From: Gammaproteobacteria bacterium
Lineage (GTDB): Bacteria; Pseudomonadota; Gammaproteobacteria; JABXHR01
Assembly (NCBI GenBank): GCA_013373515.1
Contig: JABXHR010000006.1
Span: 1-51,829, forward strand
DNA length: 51,829 bases
Direction of reading: 5' to 3'
The notes below the pieces were generated by a model. That model ran no database searches. It was not told where the DNA came from and saw only the letters and a list, made by a program, of their open reading frames with translations. A program made the position numbers and the translations under genes. Shown here piece after piece: positions 40,567 to 50,134 of this stretch. The first letter of the stretch is position 1. Every line of letters starts with the position of its first letter.

Positions 40567-42685
40567 CTAATCGAACACCAAATTGCCGATGGACCGATTT
40601 GGCACTTGGATCGGTGAAACGTTGGAACGACGTCGACTGGCGGGACAATTGCCCGTTTCGATATAGGTTAATGCCGCCGCATAAAGTGTTTCATTTACAT
40701 CGCCAAATTCACCATCAATGGGGTCGACAATCTCGCAGGTTGGGGCAATCCCGGCGCTGTAACCGCCTTGGCCAAGTTTGGTGAGAGTCTCGAAGGTAAT
40801 TGCGGCAATGGAATGGCCACAGTAGTCCTCGACCTCCATCCCATAAGGCTTACCGCAGGTGGTTTCACCAATTGATACAACGGTTTGGATATAGGGTTTG
40901 AGTCCGTTAATAATCAGCTCACTGGCTGAGCAAGTTTTTGGCCCGGTCAGCACGATGACTTCGTTTAAATTCAGACCCGCGAAATCACCAACTTCAGAAT
41001 AGCTAGGCTGGCGGCTCGCGTTGTAACGATATTCAAGTAGGGTTTCCCCTGCACGACTAGCCTCTGCGTCTTGGATAATCTTCGACATGATATCCTCAGC
41101 CAATGCTGTACTGCCCCCGCCGTTATCACGAAGATCTTAAATTAAGGCTATCGGGCGCACCATCAATCAGCGCTTGATAAACGCGATCAATTTGATAGTA
41201 GGCCGCCATATTGAATGCATACAAGTTCAGGTAGGCGACTGTCTGATTGGCGCGTTCGGTAAACAGCGGCCCGATAAACGCATCCTGAGCGTATTCAGAT
41301 TTGGGAATTGAAAAAGACCGGTTGTCGGATAGCCGCGTCAATTGAACAGGTTCAGCATCAATTTCACCGACAAACACGACCTCATCACCTCGACGCAGCC
41401 CATATCGATACCCGTTGCCATCCGCGTGTATTCTCGATGCAATCAAGGTGTTGTTTTGGGTTCGTACAAACGCCACACCGATACCGCTGTCCGAGCCTTG
41501 TAGGAAGTCATACCAAAATTCATTGCCAGCGATCCAACTGAATGTATGCCCCTCTTTATCCTGATCGCGTGCATCTAGATTGGCGTAAAAAATATCTCGC
41601 CAGCTTTCGCTAGCGTCGCTGGTGTCAATTTGCGCGGGAAGGTTGGTATTCCAATAATATTTTTCGTGCAGATGCTCGACAATCCAATCCTTTCGAGCCT
41701 CAGAGGAACACATTTCAAAGGTATTCGCCAAGTCGGAAAAGCCCTGAATCTCATTGTCGCTTTCATAAAGGGCCGAATAATTGAAACCCACCGCTTGCCG
41801 ATAAGCCTCAAGCGATTCTGTGTCCTCAATGTTCAAGTTGAAGGCTTGTAGATAAGGTAAGGTTTCGGCAAAAAATTCAGCTTGGGAAGTTTGCGCCGCA
41901 TCGACCAGCTTCGCCACCTGATCGACGGCCTCAAAATAATACCCCCAAAGATCGGTGATATCGCTCGCAGACAGTAAACCGTCATCGATCAAGTTATAGG
42001 CAATACCCAGACTATCCGCGTCGACAAAGCGATCCTCAGGCAGTGTTGCTCGGATGGCGTCTGCTAAATCGACAATGCTCACTTTCGAAGTGTGGGATGC
42101 AAGCTGGCGCAACAGGCGATCCCCAGCAATCTTTGTCGTTTCAGCCTCCCAAAGCTCAGCGGTGTCAACCCAAACACTCAGCTGATCGGCCAATATCGAA
42201 GCAATTTCATTGCCGTAGCGCTCTGCCACCAATAGCGCTTTGACGGTACTACTCTGCACCGGGTCTTCACGCCAGTCGTAGGCATTTGTAATGGTCACGG
42301 TATACGTCAGGGGGCTGTTCGACACTAAAGCGCCGCAAGTTGAATCCCTGCAAATATCCAACAACAGCGTTTCAGTGTGAGTGCCTACTGGTATCTGTGC
42401 AGGAGCGGAAATGTTTAAATGAACTTTTTTGCCAATCGCTCGACCATTTCTAAGACTGATGATATCGGCACTAGGCAGCGATTGCGGCCTGAGCCAATAG
42501 TCGCTGTCAGTTAGCGCAATCGATACTGGCTCAGGCCGCTCGCCATCGCTGATAAATAAGGTAGCCGAGTTGTTTTGCAGCTTTGCCGCACCCACCACAT
42601 CTCCCGTCGATTCCACGCAGCCGCTTACTAACGCCAAACTCACTAGCGCAATCGGAAGTCGCAACCCTAGACGCATTGATTTCAC
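40567..42685 (-). pseudogene. S41-family protease lipoprotein interrupted by a 1-nt frameshift
   Basis: Lipobox VSGC, YYWN, VAYL, then DLRDNGGG in the next frame, TCSASE and GETTCGK; span 2119 nt = 706 codons + 1. Confidence 0.85.
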
Positions 42686-42701
42686 TCAGTTCTTGATGCG
42701 C

Positions 42702-43112
42702 TTATGGTAATGCATTTGTTTCGGGTGCGCTCTCGACCTGTAAGATCGGCTGCTCATCTAATTGGGACGATTGCCAGCTCAGCACAAAACTTGAGTCAGG
42801 ATAGGCTTCAAGGACTGTTTTAGGCAGTCGCCAGTCGACATACTGCCAGTACTCACTGTCGGCGCCATAACTCGACAGCTGGCCGACATCGACGTAATAA
42901 ATGGTGTTTTCATCGAGCTGCCACTCAAGCTTAAGCGCTGTCAGCTCGGTGGGTTTGATAAAGAATTTCACCGAATCGGTCCAATCCCGCTCGGCATCTA
43001 ACGCCACTCGCCAACTGCCATCTTCATACTGTGAGGCGGTGCTGAGATCTGCCAGCGGCTCTGCCGCCGCTGGCCCCACAAGCGCAATCAAAAGTGTAAT
43101 GTGTTTGATCAT
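42702..43112 (-). CDS. Small secreted hypothetical protein
   Basis: Signal peptide MIKHITLLIALVGPAAA|E; acidic and Trp-rich; ATGA overlap with the tyrosinase stop. Confidence 0.7.
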   Translation of the reverse strand: MIKHITLLIALVGPAAAEPLADLSTASQYEDGSWRVALDAERDWTDSVKFFIKPTELTALKLEWQLDENTIYYVDVGQLSSYGADSEYWQYVDWRLPKTVLEAYPDSSFVLSWQSSQLDEQPILQVESAPETNALP

Positions 43113-44467
43113 TTCAATACTTCAAGCCTGAGCGCTCCAACGGTCATTGAAGCAGGCGTGTCTCCTACTAAGGGCTCTAACTGCAAGTCAAACGCAATAT
43201 CACCACTCGATGTGCCAATATTTGCAAATGTCAGCAAATGGCCTGATCGGTCGCCGCATTGCATTGCCATTTCCAGCATCCCGAAAAAGCAAATTTTCTG
43301 TGTCTCAAGGATTTGACCGGCTTGTTTTAAAGAAACGGCGATTTGATGGTCGGTGGTGGCTCGCCAGTCTGGACACTCGACCAAAATCCGTAAGCCCCCA
43401 TTGCGATCGATGGTTTCTTGCACGGGCACCGTGGTGGGGGCTTGAGTCGAAATCGCGATCTGAGTTTGCAGCACTTGCTCACTCAGGACTTCATCGATGG
43501 GGCTGATCATCATTCGTCTCGGGGCCGCAAATGCGCGGGCAAATACACTGCCAATCAGCGAATTGTAACGATAGCCTTGATTGAGCAATGCCATTGATTC
43601 TGCAACCGAAATCGAGAGTGCATCGCCATCGCGGTCGAAGAAATTGGCCTGAAATACACGGTTACTCAACTCTGGAAACTGATCCAGTGGCACGCGATTG
43701 CGCGACTCCCAGCTGGCAAACTGTCGATCGACCATGGCATGGTGCAACCAAAATATGGGATCCTCCGCCGCTGTTGGCGGGTTACGCATCTGCCCCCCAA
43801 CTTGGTTGTGAACGAAATTATGGGGGATGTTTTCAATTCCACCGCTCGCACCGGGCCGACCAAATGCGGTAATAAAGTCCACGTTGCTGTAATCAACCCG
43901 TCCGATGCTCAGGGTCGTACCAGGGAGCAATGTGCGACGTGTATCGAACACATCTTGATATAAATAAGCAGGTATTGAGGGCATGTTGTCCCAATCCCAA
44001 TACGGCAAGGCAAAACCCTCATCACCCGTCACTTCGCGGCAAATTTCCTCGAAAAAGTGCAAATAGGCACGATGCCAAGGGCCAAATGCCCAGTTGCCGT
44101 GTGGACAATGGTCATTGTGAATTTGCGCCTGTCGCGACCAGCTACGCGGATCACTGGGTGGCAGCGCTTTCATGCGTCTGACCGCTTCGCGATAGGTATT
44201 GATGATGGGGTGCGTGGCACTTAGACTGCTCAATGGTACCCGCACGCGGTTCGCACCGCTGCGAGGTACCGGATCCGGCGTCGGTGTAGGTGGCACAGGG
44301 GTCGTTGTGGACCCGTCCGGCACCGTTGGGTCAGGCGTTGTGGGCGGGGATGTCGGGGGCAAATCTGTCGCACAGCTGGCTAGCGCCGATGCGCTGACTG
44401 CCATCCCAATACCCGTTTTGATTGCTTTGCGTCGCTGTCGATCGACAGCTTCTTTTTTTCCGTCCAT
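43109..44467 (-). CDS. Tyrosinase/polyphenol oxidase, predicted Tat lipoprotein
   Basis: QRRKAIK plus lipobox LASC; CuA H..CPH...F.PWHRAY; CuB HNFVH..DPIFWLHH; GYRY core end; start ATG 44467. Confidence 0.92.
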   Translation of the reverse strand: MDGKKEAVDRQRRKAIKTGIGMAVSASALASCATDLPPTSPPTTPDPTVPDGSTTTPVPPTPTPDPVPRSGANRVRVPLSSLSATHPIINTYREAVRRMKALPPSDPRSWSRQAQIHNDHCPHGNWAFGPWHRAYLHFFEEICREVTGDEGFALPYWDWDNMPSIPAYLYQDVFDTRRTLLPGTTLSIGRVDYSNVDFITAFGRPGASGGIENIPHNFVHNQVGGQMRNPPTAAEDPIFWLHHAMVDRQFASWESRNRVPLDQFPELSNRVFQANFFDRDGDALSISVAESMALLNQGYRYNSLIGSVFARAFAAPRRMMISPIDEVLSEQVLQTQIAISTQAPTTVPVQETIDRNGGLRILVECPDWRATTDHQIAVSLKQAGQILETQKICFFGMLEMAMQCGDRSGHLLTFANIGTSSGDIAFDLQLEPLVGDTPASMTVGALRLEVLK

Positions 44468-44551
44468 GGATTCTCTCTCGTTAAGTTTAGTTCTCTGCGC
44501 ATCAGCGCTTAGGCACAACCTTAACCCGAAAAACTGAACCAAATATGAGTG

Positions 44552-44579
44552 ACCATACCGGCAAAAAATAACCGTGCAA
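44552..44579 (-). promoter_or_regulatory. Possible sigma70 promoter for the tyrosinase operon
   Basis: Minus strand TTGCAC-N16-TATGGT in the 130-bp gap. Confidence 0.3.
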
Positions 44580-44597
44580 AAAGTTACTTAGGGGCGA

Positions 44598-46313
44598 TTA
44601 ATCTGAATAGGCACGATAGAGAGAGAAACGCTGTTGAATGAGTTTGATATCCAACAAGGCTTGGATCATGTAAAACCAGCGATAGCGAACGCCGCGACGC
44701 CGCAAGAACTTGCGGCCTAAACTCAGCGGCAAAGCGAACAACGCCAGCAATTTACTCCGGGCATAGAAATCTTCCAAGCTCACCAGTCTTAGCCCCGATC
44801 CAGGCTCTCCTTGTCGCCCGCCACGGCCCATCAACTGAGTATCGCTTCGCACCGTAAAAATCGGGTCATAAATCAAAATCTGCAAGCCGCCAGCGGCCTC
44901 AACCCCCGCACCGAGCTTGATGTCGGTACCGCGTCCGCCAATATTGGTGGTCACCGTGACTTGGCCTGCCCGCCCAATCTCGTCAACCAATGCCTCTTCT
45001 TCGGCACTCTCGACAAAGGCATCGTAGACGCCACACGCCACACCGGCGCGCTGCAGCTGGCGCTCAATCGACCGTGCCGACTCAGGTGATTCGGCGCCGA
45101 CGAGCGTAGGCCGGCCCTGCGATTTTGCGGTCGCGATTTGGGACAAAAGAAAGTCAAATTTTTGATCCCGCGTGGAAAACAGTCGCAGCCCCGCGTCGCT
45201 AAAGACATGATTTTTAAGTTTTAAGCGATAGATGCCCGCCCCATACAGACGCAAAAGATCCACATCACAAAAATTGAGTGATCCGCTGCACCCCCCGACC
45301 CAGCTGTAGCGCTGAAAAAGATTGAAAAACCAAATCTTTTGCGCATTTCGCGAGAATGGCGTTAGCGGCACGGCTTCGATTAGTTCGACAATGCTGTGAT
45401 ACACCCCACCGAGCTTACGATCCGGTTCACGGCGCCCACTAAACTGGTCGAGCAACTCGATCTTTTCCTCGCGCACCACATAATGTCGATCGCGTTTGTA
45501 GTTCATGGCGACGTAAATCACTTGATCGACCAAATAACTAACAGCCAAGTAATCAAGTGGCTCATCGGCAAACTGTCGCTCAAGCCACTGCAGAAATTTG
45601 ATTTTTTCCGAGGCATTGAGCGCCTCACCACGTGTGCCGAGCCAGTTCATTTGGTCGACATAGCGATAGGCAATTTGCAGTTGCTGCTGCAGTGGGCCGT
45701 CCTGGTATTGCTCGGACATCACAAACGGAATACGCGTCTCGTCCAGCAGTAAACTGTCCGCTTCATCTATTAACACCACCGCATTGCTAAATTCGGTTTT
45801 TGCGCCCGAAAACAACGCAGAGGCCAAGGATTTGGCCGAGGTGTAAATTACCGTGTGTTTCTGCGCAATCCCATCCGTGCCGCTGACCACGCCCAAATCC
45901 GCGAACAAGGGCCGAGATTTACCGTAATCTCGATGAGCAAGGTATTCATTAGAGGTCAGGATAGTGGCCGCCTTACCAGCGCGTGCAATCAATGCTGCAG
46001 CCATCAACAAACACACAGACTTGCCCGAGCCAGTCTCCAACTCGACAAAGTTGCCGCGCGACATGAGCAGCGCCGTATGTACCTGTCGCGGCGTTGGCAA
46101 AAAGCCATAATGCCGCTGGATGACTCGGCCAATTTCACTGAGCATGGCGATCAACTCGGGCGCATCGAACGCACACCCCAGATAGTCATACACGCCATCC
46201 GGCGGTGGATCGGTAGACTGCAAATAAGCAATGGACTGCAACTGACGCACCAGCTTAGAAGCGCGCTGGCGGTGGCGCAGAAGATCCGTCAGTGAGTGCA
46301 GCTGGCCATACAC
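44598..46313 (-). CDS. Accessory truncated SecA-like ATPase (SecA_DEAD protein)
   Basis: ELETGSGKS, TSNEYLAHRD, IDEADS.L.DE.R.P, TNIGGRGTDI, QLMGRGGRQGEPG, SLED; only 571 aa. Confidence 0.92.
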   Translation of the reverse strand: MYGQLHSLTDLLRHRQRASKLVRQLQSIAYLQSTDPPPDGVYDYLGCAFDAPELIAMLSEIGRVIQRHYGFLPTPRQVHTALLMSRGNFVELETGSGKSVCLLMAAALIARAGKAATILTSNEYLAHRDYGKSRPLFADLGVVSGTDGIAQKHTVIYTSAKSLASALFSGAKTEFSNAVVLIDEADSLLLDETRIPFVMSEQYQDGPLQQQLQIAYRYVDQMNWLGTRGEALNASEKIKFLQWLERQFADEPLDYLAVSYLVDQVIYVAMNYKRDRHYVVREEKIELLDQFSGRREPDRKLGGVYHSIVELIEAVPLTPFSRNAQKIWFFNLFQRYSWVGGCSGSLNFCDVDLLRLYGAGIYRLKLKNHVFSDAGLRLFSTRDQKFDFLLSQIATAKSQGRPTLVGAESPESARSIERQLQRAGVACGVYDAFVESAEEEALVDEIGRAGQVTVTTNIGGRGTDIKLGAGVEAAGGLQILIYDPIFTVRSDTQLMGRGGRQGEPGSGLRLVSLEDFYARSKLLALFALPLSLGRKFLRRRGVRYRWFYMIQALLDIKLIQQRFSLYRAYSD

Positions 46314-48442
46314 TAGCGGTTACTCGCCGTCAGCCAGTTCCAGAAACGGACATACAATGGCTGGTCACGAGACCACCAAGTCAGCCTAAGCGGCATTTGT
46401 TCACGCAGGACTTTCTCGCAGTTAAGCTGCAAGCGAAATACCGTTACCGGCTCCCGTGTGACCAGCTGACTGTTTTGTAATTCGTGTGCCAGCCCCGAGG
46501 CCAACATCGCATTTTGATAACGCACATCCACGGCTGTGCGCAGCCCACCAATCTCACCGATCTGTTCAACCACGCAGCCGAGGTTCTGCAACCCAGCGTC
46601 AATACTTGCCGGTTCACCGGCCTTAATCGCCGCGATGGCATCTAACTTTGCCCGCGGGATCAGCATTCGGACCGTGCCCGTGGACTGTTCGCTTTGGTTG
46701 ATGATGCCAATGCGCTGCCCGGCACTGAGCCATTGCCCCTCATTGACCGGGGTCTGAAAGAAAAACAAACCATCCATCGGCGCCGTGATGACGTAGTCGG
46801 TCATTTTCTCGTTTAAGACAGACAGGGTTTCCTCTAACTGAGCGCGCTTTAAATCCACCATCTGCCGATCTGCGGCTTCAGACAAATACAGGGCTTGGGT
46901 GTTTAACGCCGTGAGTGTGGCATTTTGCTCCTCGACCAAATTGTTGAGCTGATAAGGATCGAGCCTCACCAGCACATCGCCTGCGCGAACAAAATCGCCG
47001 TCCTGCACCTCAAGCGACACCACTTCCGCCAGCGTTTGCGAGCTGACCAATCGCTCGGAGCGAATGTCGACAAGCCCGTGAACTTCACTGCGCCAGGGCA
47101 AAGGCACCACCGCCAGCGCCACCAGCAAGCCTGCCAGCGCCAACAACATGATTCCGCGCATGATTCGAGTCTCCTCCTTGTAAGGGGACATCACCAAATG
47201 AACCACCGCCTTTTTAAGCGGCATCAGAAAGATCAATAAAAAGGCGAGTAACAGGTAGAAATACCCCACCAATTCATTAAGCGAAAAGACATATTTCGCG
47301 ATGATCAACGTCACCGCAAAGGCGTAGATGCTACTGGCCACGCCATACACCCCCAGCAACGCGGGTCGACCGGAGAAATAGGTTTTGTCGAGCGCCTGCG
47401 CCGCGCCCACCCAACGCGCCATGGTCGAGGTTAAAAACTTTCGGCTGCGTTGATATAAATCTGGATAGTCGACTACCTCAGATAACGCATAGTAGGCATC
47501 GAATTTCAAAAGCGGATTGCCGTTAAAGAACAAGCTCGAGACCACCACAATGTACACCGCGTTGGCAAACACCGTCTGGTAGAAGCTATCTTCCACCCAC
47601 AAGAAACCCAAAATACACAAAAATCCCAGCAAGATATCAGACATCATCCCGGCCAGAATAATCATCAACCGAGAACCTTTTGAGGGATTCATTACCGCTT
47701 CTGAAGCGTCTACAAATGGAATGGGGGCAAGGATTAGAATCATGACCCCGATCTTTTTGACATGCACGCCGACATAACGCGCCGCCAACGCATGTGCGCT
47801 CTCATGCAGCAACTTACTCATCAGATAGGTCAAAAACAACAATCCGATCTGGGTGTAGCTGCTCAAATTAGGGAGATAGGGCCGCAGCGCAGCAAAATTC
47901 AAATAAAACGCCACTCCAAACGCACCACCGAGCAGCACAAACACGGCCCACACCGAGGTCGTCGATAGATATTTTGCAGATGGCCTGACCTTGTTAAACC
48001 AATTGGCGAGCGCCACCGAACCCAGCCTAAAGAAAAACAAAGACCACAGTTTTTGCGACAGTGGTTTGCGCTCGGATTCAAGCTGAATCCGCTGCTCAAT
48101 CGGCGATGCGGTGGTATCCGCGCGGCGAGACTGCAAATAGCCCCCGTCAAACAAACTGACAATGGCTTGATAAAACTCGATCTCAGTCGGCAGGCCATCA
48201 TCCAGAAAATCGACACGCCGATTCCAAATATCAATCGCCGCCTCACCCGAGAACAGCGAGCGCAACATGGGAATCAGTCCGCCGGTGACTTCCAGCCCCT
48301 TACAACACTCGGTGTTGTAAATCATCATCACTCGACGGCCTTCCCCGTCGAGACGATAATTAAACGTCACCCAAGGCGAAGGCCGAAACGCACCGCGACC
48401 GAAGCGGTGAATGTCGTTGGAGAAGTAGTTCTCAACCGCCAT
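46313..48442 (-). CDS. M50 (site-2) zinc peptidase fused to a HlyD/MFP domain
   Basis: HESAH, NGNPLLKFDAYY, many TM segments, then V.DGDFVRAGDVLVRL lipoyl-like motif, coiled coil and ITAPMDG. Confidence 0.9.
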   Translation of the reverse strand: MAVENYFSNDIHRFGRGAFRPSPWVTFNYRLDGEGRRVMMIYNTECCKGLEVTGGLIPMLRSLFSGEAAIDIWNRRVDFLDDGLPTEIEFYQAIVSLFDGGYLQSRRADTTASPIEQRIQLESERKPLSQKLWSLFFFRLGSVALANWFNKVRPSAKYLSTTSVWAVFVLLGGAFGVAFYLNFAALRPYLPNLSSYTQIGLLFLTYLMSKLLHESAHALAARYVGVHVKKIGVMILILAPIPFVDASEAVMNPSKGSRLMIILAGMMSDILLGFLCILGFLWVEDSFYQTVFANAVYIVVVSSLFFNGNPLLKFDAYYALSEVVDYPDLYQRSRKFLTSTMARWVGAAQALDKTYFSGRPALLGVYGVASSIYAFAVTLIIAKYVFSLNELVGYFYLLLAFLLIFLMPLKKAVVHLVMSPYKEETRIMRGIMLLALAGLLVALAVVPLPWRSEVHGLVDIRSERLVSSQTLAEVVSLEVQDGDFVRAGDVLVRLDPYQLNNLVEEQNATLTALNTQALYLSEAADRQMVDLKRAQLEETLSVLNEKMTDYVITAPMDGLFFFQTPVNEGQWLSAGQRIGIINQSEQSTGTVRMLIPRAKLDAIAAIKAGEPASIDAGLQNLGCVVEQIGEIGGLRTAVDVRYQNAMLASGLAHELQNSQLVTREPVTVFRLQLNCEKVLREQMPLRLTWWSRDQPLYVRFWNWLTASNR

Positions 48443-48445
48443 GGT

Positions 48446-50134
48446 TTATTCGTAGCGCTTGGTCAGCTTGAGCCAAATCCGCCAGGCATGACGCTGAATC
48501 CATCGCCACGCCTCAACCTTGCCGGTTTGAAGATAACCATCCAAGTCCGTGCCGGGCACCAAAGCCAAGGCATCGCCATGATCCAACTTAATCGGAATCG
48601 AATGCGGGCGCTCATTGGCATCAACCACCACGGAGGCAATCGCAGAAACGCGAGCATCGAAATAGGCTTGATCTAGCCCCTTGCGGCGCAGTTTAACCGG
48701 CATGTCAACCGCCGCAAAATCCACCTCACGCTCTGGCACAAAGCCCAAAATATCGCCGCTGACACCCGGAGATACCACATAGAATCGTTCGCCAACATTG
48801 ACCGAATTGCCCAAGAAATTTTGCCGCTCCCCCGATACCACATAGCCTGTGAGCGTGGAGCGAATGGTAGAGCGCTCGATTTGCGATTGGATTTGGGCAA
48901 TTTTGGTTTCGATGACGCCAATATCTGCGCGCGCCAACTCGGCTTGTGCAAGATCGCCCGCCGCGACAGAGAAGTTCACCGTCGATTCCTTTGAGGCGCG
49001 TTCACCCTCCAGCTCAAGCAAACGCAGCTGCAAATCCACCGTATCGAGCTGGATCAAAATATCGCCCTTATTCACGGCATCGCCAAGATTCTTGGTGGCC
49101 TCGACCACCAATCCCGGCACAGAGCTAGAGACCACTTGATCTTCAGTGGCTTGCACAATCGCATCGACCGGCACCCGATACTGCAATTGATACAGCACCA
49201 ACCACGCCACCAAAGCGGCTATCAGTGATATGTTCAGCAGCCAGCCCAGCCGCAATTTTCGCCCGCCGGTACCCACCAAACGCATGCCGATGCGCCGCCA
49301 GAATGAAGACAAATCGTACCCAAGCTGTGCGAAAGGCCAAGACAACGCAACATTGGTGCGCAGACCAGCAGCCACAGGGGGATCATTGGATTGATGACGA
49401 ATCAGTAACAGCACCAAGCGTTTGCGCTCACTGCGCACTCGGCTGCCAAAAAACACCACGTCCACTTGATGCTCCACTGCAAATTCACGCACACTCCTAG
49501 GCGCCAACTGCAGGCTTTGCACATCGTGAAAACTATTCCATCCTTCAAAAGTCGATAGCTCGCTGAGCATTAAATTAAGCCGGCCACGAAAGCGCCCACT
49601 CAATTCATCAGCGTCTTTGGTGGCGCCCGATAACTTGAAATGTCGAACCGACTGCGCTTTGACTTCCGCCGCCGCAGCATTACTGTAGCCGAAGGTTTTG
49701 CAGAGTTTGTTGAGCCACTCTTTGATCAGATCATTGCGTTCGTCGCGAGCGGAAAGGTAATTGATGCTGTCATCATCGAGCTCTGTCAGTGGCAAACTCG
49801 GGGCGGCCGAAAGTGGCTGCGCCGCCACCGCACGCGCGACGGATTTTAACCAGCGCAACTTGGTGGGATGCTTACGCACTTGCCCCAGCACAACCACCAG
49901 TTCCCCAACCAAAAAGGCAGACACATAAGCGCTTTGGTCGGCCAATGTTAAATCTTGCTCGGGTTCGCGTGCAGGGTCGACCGTGGCTCGCCACTGAGAG
50001 ATTCCCGCTTGTAAACCCGGGCTCCCGGAGCAGTGCGTCAGCGGCTGATCTAAGGTGTTGGCATACCCCACATAGCAAAATTCACGATCTGTCGTGGCAA
50101 TCGCCCCTAATAAAGCAACAACGGACTGACTCAT
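48446..50134 (-). CDS. HlyD-family membrane fusion protein with a large N-terminal cytoplasmic (possibly GAF-like) region
   Basis: One TM near aa 300, GDAVNKGDILIQLD, coiled coil, IRSTLTGYVVSG. Confidence 0.82.
   Translation of the reverse strand: MSQSVVALLGAIATTDREFCYVGYANTLDQPLTHCSGSPGLQAGISQWRATVDPAREPEQDLTLADQSAYVSAFLVGELVVVLGQVRKHPTKLRWLKSVARAVAAQPLSAAPSLPLTELDDDSINYLSARDERNDLIKEWLNKLCKTFGYSNAAAAEVKAQSVRHFKLSGATKDADELSGRFRGRLNLMLSELSTFEGWNSFHDVQSLQLAPRSVREFAVEHQVDVVFFGSRVRSERKRLVLLLIRHQSNDPPVAAGLRTNVALSWPFAQLGYDLSSFWRRIGMRLVGTGGRKLRLGWLLNISLIAALVAWLVLYQLQYRVPVDAIVQATEDQVVSSSVPGLVVEATKNLGDAVNKGDILIQLDTVDLQLRLLELEGERASKESTVNFSVAAGDLAQAELARADIGVIETKIAQIQSQIERSTIRSTLTGYVVSGERQNFLGNSVNVGERFYVVSPGVSGDILGFVPEREVDFAAVDMPVKLRRKGLDQAYFDARVSAIASVVVDANERPHSIPIKLDHGDALALVPGTDLDGYLQTGKVEAWRWIQRHAWRIWLKLTKRYE

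Noticed and set aside
40567-41103. Independent 178-aa gene
   Set aside because: It is the C-terminal part of the frameshifted S41 protease
44598-46313. Housekeeping secA
   Set aside because: Too short, motifs divergent, and context is not that of the housekeeping gene
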